From the NCBI GenBank assembly GCA_951406725.2, contig OX597839.1:39804001-39868000 (forward strand): a stretch of DNA of 64,000 nucleotides, given 5' to 3'. Source of the stretch: Octopus vulgaris. Its lineage: Eukaryota. The notes beneath the pieces are model-generated. The model saw nothing but the letters and a program-made list of their open reading frames with translations. It had not been told where the DNA came from and ran no database searches. The first letter of the stretch is position 1. The number at the start of each line of letters is the position of its first letter. Below are positions 58,258 to 64,000 of this stretch, one piece after another. The position numbers were made by a program, and so were the translations under genes.

Positions 58258-58592
58258 TATCTATGTATGCCTGTTTATACATGTGTGTGTATGTTTGAGT
58301 GAATATATACTTGTGTAAACATACACTGCACACGTTAATACTTAATTAAATTACTTAAGTAGAGACAGCTTTACGTATTTACATATAACTTAATTTCATT
58401 CGAAGAAATATCCTTTTTTTATTAACGAAAAGTCCTTTTGCTTACATCAGGAAATACACGTGGGGTAGATATCTCGATAACATATTCATGCGGTAAACCT
58501 ATATACTATATTCGAATACATACCCCACCCCCACCGTTAAATAGGTCGAATGTAAACTAATTACTTCTAGAAATACGTAGCACAGTTTTTTT

Positions 58593-59010
58593 TGTGTGGT
58601 AAGTAGCTTGCTTACCAACCACATGGTTCCGGGTTCAGTCCCACTGCGTGGCATCTTGGGCAAGTGTCTTCTGCTATAGCCTCGGGCCAACCAAAGCCTT
58701 GTGAGTGGATTTGGTAGACGGAAACTGAAAGAAGCCTGTCGTATATGTATGTATGTATGTATGTATATATATATATATGTATGTGTATGTATATGTTTGT
58801 GTGTGTCTGTGTTTGTCCCTCTAGCATTGCTTGACAACCGATGCTGGTGTGTTTACGTCCCTGTCAATTAGCGGTTCGGCAAAAGAGACCGATAGAATAA
58901 GTACTGAGCTTACAAAGAATAAGTCCCGGGGTCGATTTACTCGACTAAAGGCGGTGCTCCAGCATGGCCACAGTCAAAATGACTGAAACAAGTAAAAGAG
59001 TAAAGAGATA
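58593..59010 (+). mobile_element. SINE family A, near full length
   Basis: All diagnostic blocks are present. Confidence 0.9.
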
Positions 59011-59339
59011 AAAGAAAGTATGATTTAATTTTCAGGAAGGAAGAGCCTTTTTTTTTTCAGATATAATTTATGTATGATTGTTTTCATATATGCAACAGAA
59101 CATCCCTAAACTCGAAATCCTTAAACGAGTATTATCTTAGCCATGATTAGAATCCCAAAGAAGAGCTCTCGGAGAATATCAATGAATGGTATATCAACAA
59201 AACCATTAAAATCTAGTAAACCAAGTTTAGCTTCACGAGAATGAAGGACAAATTAGAACAACGACAACGCATGCTATAAAAATACACAGACAACAAGCAC
59301 ATCGTATATACTTCCATCATCAGCTGCTTACCGGATATC

Positions 59340-59580
59340 ATTATGGTTTCAACACCTCACCTGGACAGTACCATTAAGCCGGTTGTGTCAACAGGATTTG
59401 GAATACTGCGCTTGGACTTACACAAGTTTCACCCACCCTTTTGACGTGTCTTGTTTTTAGTCTTGCTAGGTTTCCAATAGCTCTCCTCGCCAGGCAATCC
59501 TAGTTTAATCACCGATGACCCAACCATGCAACAGGTTGTACTAGAATCCATGATACCAGCAGAGCTCACGAGAGACCTCA
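59340..59580 (-). mobile_element. Old dispersed repeat, RTE 5'UTR-like (second copy about 61505-61733)
   Basis: Both copies share ACACC..ACCTGGA...CA.CCA..CTTTTG.C.GTCTTGTT...ACCATGCAA...GTTGTA...CTCA.GAGAGACC. RTE assignment rests only on resemblance to TTGTCGTGGCGAAGGGGCTTGC. Confidence 0.4.
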
Positions 59581-59652
59581 CTATTGACCCTTTATTGATA
59601 TTGTGTTTGGGCGCAAAGCGACCGAACCCGTTTTATTTGTGATAGTATGTAA

Positions 59653-60049
59653 TCTTTATATATAAAAGAGAGGTTGTGTGCTGTCTGTCTCCTACGATTT
59701 AGATTCCTAACTACTCCCACATTTTGCGGTGCAGTTTAACCAAAACCGGGTATCTTATAGTCGTGATTCATATCGAGCCCTTCTGGGTATTAGCGCGCGT
59801 CTACGATGAGTCTACGATTAAAAAAAAAATTACCATCAATTTTTCACATTTTTAATGCATTTTTGGCATATATAAGTGAAATAACTCTCTAAAAATTTAT
59901 TATTAAATCTCAGAACGTAAAAAACTACATTAACACCCCCCCTCTTTGTGGTTAGCCATATTGAGATGGCTATTATAATTTACATCTCTAAAAATGCTTA
60001 TATAGTTATTTCCCTTACAAACCCGAGCAACGCCGGGCGATACTGCTAG
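59653..60049 (+). mobile_element. Complete non-autonomous Helitron (397 bp)
   Basis: Starts TC(TTTATATATAAAA) after an A, ends CTAG before a T, subterminal hairpin CCCGAGCAACGCCGGG, no TSD. Confidence 0.88.
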
Positions 60050-60209
60050 TTAGGATTAAAACCCTTTCACGATGACTAACAGATTTCGCCTTCCGTGTCT
60101 TATCCCGCGCTATCTTATGGCATATCGCATACCTTGCTGTCCAATGCCTTCAAGTCCATTGACGGATTGCATACATATTAGAAATGAAGCCGATAATTTC
60201 AGCAATCGC

Positions 60210-60750
60210 TATCTTCCTCGATAAAGGCTAGTAAAATATCTGTAATATCTGTACAATTATATCTTCAAAGGTGTTGATTATTCCACGTTTTCACTGCAGA
60301 GAAATCGAATCGAGGACGTCTTGGACGATGTTAATGAAAATCAATCCGATGAAATTTTAAATTATGAAAATTACCGATATATTGGTGCCTGTGAGGCTTA
60401 TTGGTGATGGTTTTAGTTTTAGCTTCCGATTCAGCAAAGACATCCTGTCGTTGAATGCTTGCCAATACATTTGCTCAGTCAATAAATTATTGACTGGCCG
60501 TTCTAAAGTAATTTAATCAACAAAACTTACAGTTTACTTTAAAGAAAAATTGAAGCGGATCCCCAGGCAAGTTAAAATCTTTATGACGATTTTCCGCCAT
60601 GCTACACTTGGCGTTAAGACGTTTAAATTACAGTGGAGAAGTGTGAAGCAACATGAAAGGACGGTAGAAGCTACTTGTTGTAAAATATTTTAATGATTTG
60701 CTTAATGTTAACAATGTTGTCTGGGAAAAAATTTAAGCATGAATGCCAAA
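60210..60750 (+). pseudogene. Decayed Helitron Rep-helicase fragment (probably continuing at about 62690-62950)
   Basis: SSIKA..KYL/YLYNYIFKGVD; DEILNYENYRYIGACEAYW*...LPIQQRHPVVECLPIHL; TKLTVYF; LYDDFPPCYTW; FNDLLNVNNVV. These are collinear with Helitron motifs KYLYKYIYKGHD, DEI..Y...RYIS..EA.WR and V.RLPVHL. Confidence 0.8.
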
Positions 60751-60872
60751 AGATGAATATTTAAAAAAAAAAATTGTTTTAAAATGGGAATAATGCTTGA
60801 ACGAATATAAAATAAAGCTACATACTCAAAAGAATTAAGTTGAAAAAAAAAAATGGACTGTCTCTAGACCTA

Positions 60873-61103
60873 GGGCTCATAGAAATCGGTTGCCATGGTA
60901 ACTAAGTAATGTAGGTCACGACATCCTCTCTGAACAGGATGCCTCTCCGTTGCAGGGTTATTCCTTTACAGCTGAGTAGCCTGGAGCAACGGGAAGTGAG
61001 ATGTTTTGCTGAAGAACACAACGAAATGCCCAATCGGGAAATGAAACCAAGATCTTGCGATCGTATGTGCAGCACTCTATCCACTAAGCCACGCATCGCC
61101 CCT
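60873..61103 (-). mobile_element. CORE-like SINE family E
   Basis: Minus strand GGCGATGCGTGGCTTAGTGGATAGAGTGCTG...GTTGTGTTCTTCAGCAAAACATC...TTGCTCCAGGCTACTCAGCTGTAAA. Confidence 0.7.
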
Positions 61104-61166
61104 CTTATTTGGGGGCAGAATTTAGTTATTTTCTTATAGGTCTAGAGACATGCTAAAGAATGTCTC

Positions 61167-61187
61167 TCTCTCTCTCTCTCTCTCTCT

Positions 61188-61236
<49 letters not shown>

Positions 61237-61484
61237 ATCACGTGACTGACCAGACCATCAGATGTTGTTACACATCGCTGGTCACAATGCGTTCGCATTG
61301 TTTTAGCCTTCGAATGACGCCACCCCCGCTGACTAAGCGAGCAGGCCAACAGAAGAAAGAGTGGAAGAAAGAGTGGTGAAAGAGTACAGCAGGGATCACC
61401 ATCATCCCCTGCCGGAGCCTCGTGGAGCTTTTAGGTGTTTTCGCTCAATAAACACTCACAACGCCCGGTCTGGGAATCGAAACC
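61167..61484 (-). mobile_element. 5'-truncated SINE family C with 15-bp TSD and (TA)n(GA)n tail
   Basis: GCTAAAGAATGTCTC at 61152-61166 and 61485-61499; 3' end GGTCAGTCACGTGATCACGTGA. Confidence 0.88.
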
Positions 61485-61839
61485 GCTAAAGAATGTCTCA
61501 CTCCCAATGGTCCTCCAGAACGCCACACACCAACCTGGAATATCTGAGGGCTCGTGCTATTGCTAGATAATCACTGACCCTACCTAAGATTCATCCATAC
61601 TTTTGGCAGGTCTTGTTAGTCCTGCCGGGTTTCTAGCAACCCTCGTCACCATGCAGGCCTAGTGAGCCATGTCGGTTTAGTCACTGACAACCTGACCATG
61701 CAAAGAGTTGTAGTGGAACACTCATGAGAGACCTATAAGAAAATAACTAAATTCTGCCCCCAAATAAGAGTGGCGATGCGTGGCTTAGTGGATAGAGGGC
61801 TGCACATACGATCTCAAGATCGTGGTTTCATTTTCCGGT

Positions 61840-62645
61840 CAAAATGCTAAACGGCATTTCGTCCGTCTTTACATTCTGTTTTCCAATTCCGCCGCAGTCG
61901 ACTTTGCCATTCACCTTTTCGGGGTCGATCAAATAATTACCAGTTGAACACTGGGTTCAATGTAATCGGACCTACCCGCTCCACTCCGAACTTACAGTCT
62001 TTGTGACAAAACTTGGAACCAACATACTATCGCTTGAAGGCAGCGCGCTGGCGATACCGTTAGCACGCTAGATGAAATGCTTAGCGGTATTTCGTCTGCC
62101 GTTACATTCTGAGTTCAAATTCCGCCGAGGTCGACTTTGCCTTTCATCCTTTCGGGGTCGATAAATTAAGTACCAGTTACGCACTGGGGTCTATATAATC
62201 GACTTAATCCGTTTGTCTGCCCTTGTTTGTCCTCTCTGTGTTTAGCCCCTTGTGGGTAGTTAAGAAATAGGTATTTCGTCTCTCGCTACGTTCTGAGTTC
62301 AAATTCCGCCGAGGTCGGCATTGCCTTTCATCCTTTCGCGGTCGATAATTTAAGTACCAGTTCCGTACTGAGTCGATCTAATCGACTAGCCCCTTCCCCA
62401 AAAATTTTTGGCCTTGTGCCTATAGTAGAAAGGATATCGTTAGCACACCGGACAAAATGCTTAGCTGCATTACGTCCACCCTCACGTTCTGAGTTCAAAT
62501 TCCATTGAGGATGACTTTGCTTTTCAGCCTTTCGAGGTTGATGAAATAATTACCAGCTGAGCCCTGGGGAATGAGTGGGGGGGGGGGTCCGTATAATTGA
62601 TTTACCCCTCCTCCGAAATTGCTGGCCTTGTGCCAAAATTTGAAA
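61840..62645 (+). mobile_element. Head-to-tail cluster of four SINE B modules, including a dimeric copy 62037-62433
   Basis: The AATTCC...GTCG.C.TTGCC.TTCA.C.TTTCG module occurs at about 61885, 62118, 62302 and 62498. Confidence 0.85.
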
Positions 62646-63156
62646 TTATTATACTATAGCCTGGCTGTGCATTGGAATTAAACCGTATGTTTCACGCTGA
62701 TGAGTTTTGAAGATTACACGTATCAAAGACGACGAGAATAATTTAACAGATGAAACAGTTTTTGAATATGTGTTGCATGACCTGTTGTATGGCTTCGTTA
62801 TTGGGTTGATACAATATGATCAAAGCGAAACAGTGTTCCATTGACCTGATGTTAATCAGGGTCTTACAAATAATAATGTTCCAGTTTATGAAGAAGTGAT
62901 TAAATCTGGTGGTGATACTTTTTCAGAATGACTGTACTCGCTTGCTGAACGAAAACCAATCAATCGCATATGAACATCGAAAATTTATCCAAATAAAATA
63001 AAAAGAGGAAGAAAGGAATGAGGAAAGAAGAGTATTTTCGCTTTAGCCTCAAGCATGAACGTGTGGTAAGAAGCTTGCTTACCAGCTAACTGGTTTCGGA
63101 TTCAGTAGAACTGCGTGGCATTTTGGCCAAGTGTCTTCTACTATAAACCCAGGGCG

Positions 63157-63218
<62 letters not shown>

Positions 63219-63222
<4 letters not shown>

Positions 63223-63801
63223 AGATAAGGGCACAAGAAAAATTTTTCTTCTGCCCTTATCTTGTAAATTATGTATAAATTTTACATTTAAAGGCATTTT
63301 TTGATATGCTGGCCATTGATAAAGTTTTTTTCCCGAAAAATTTTTATCCTATATTAATTATAAATAGATTAGTGTTCACTTCCGGATTCTATCACTCTGT
63401 GAAAGTTTCTAGTTCGAATCACACGTGTCTCGAGGTGCACCGAAGATTTTTCTATTTTAGATATATTTGGGGTACTTAAGTCTGCCCAGGACTTAGTGCT
63501 TGCTTTTTCCATGGGTATGAGTAAGTATTTCATTTATATCTCGCGTATTTGCCGCTGAAGAGGGGAAGATTTCTTATGAATTAACCCCGGAATTGGACCA
63601 ATACGGTAATAACGAATTTTTTAGAGATTTCTATCGGTTTGTTTCGAGACACATAAATTATAATGGTTATCGACAAGTTTTTTGTTTCGGCATATTTGGC
63701 ATTAGAATTTTTCTTCTGCCCTTATCTTGTAAATTATGTATAAATTTTATCTTTAAAGGTCATTGATAAAATTTTTTTCCCGAAAAAAATTTTATCCCAT
63801 A

Positions 63802-63810
<9 letters not shown>
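63219..63810 (+). mobile_element. Retrozyme/Penelope-like element: palindromic 5' end, ~465-bp unit with partial tandem repeat, one hammerhead; in (TA)n
   Basis: Palindrome 63219-63266; direct repeats 63241-63362 and 63706-63810; a dispersed fragment at 19976-20066 (minus). Confidence 0.7.
63549..63609 (+). ncRNA. Type I hammerhead fold, A13G variant
   Basis: TTGCCG [CTGAAGA] GGGG-(19 nt)-CCCC [GGA] ATTGG-A-CCAAT A CGGTAA. Confidence 0.68.
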
Positions 63811-63846
<36 letters not shown>

Positions 63847-64000
63847 TTTTGTACGACTCTCTTATTCTTTCATTCTTTCATTCATTTTTTCTTTCTTTCG
63901 TTCCCCCTCTCTCACATTTCCTGGCCTTCCTTTCATTATTACCCCCCCCTCTTTCACTTCACTCTATTCCTTTTCTTTTTTCTCGTCCCTCCCTAATTCT

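Overview
Eukaryotic, repeat-saturated intergenic or intronic DNA, most likely an octopus or other coleoid cephalopod (inferred from the microsatellite load and from tRNA-derived SINEs with CORE-like and Deu/Nin-like bodies). I can support no intact host gene; almost all listed ORFs are microsatellite translations. Recognisable content: five SINE families (labelled A-E here, my own labels), 3' or internal fragments of non-LTR retrotransposons (R4/Dong-like in (TAA)n, CR1-like, Tx1/L1-like in (CTAT)n, RTE-like 5'UTR), a dead mariner, a complete non-autonomous Helitron and decayed Helitron Rep-helicase sequence. The main unexplained signal is about a dozen short non-coding inserts, nearly all inside (TA)n tracts and often nested in the TA tract of SINE A. 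They carry minimal type I hammerhead ribozyme folds with palindromic stem III, and several have inverted ends or partial tandem structure, as in Penelope-like pLTRs and retrozymes. Their catalytic cores vary: canonical C3-G8, a clean G3-C8 swap, a probable U3-A8, U4C, A6U, A9C and A13G. All folds were derived by eye; activity is untested.
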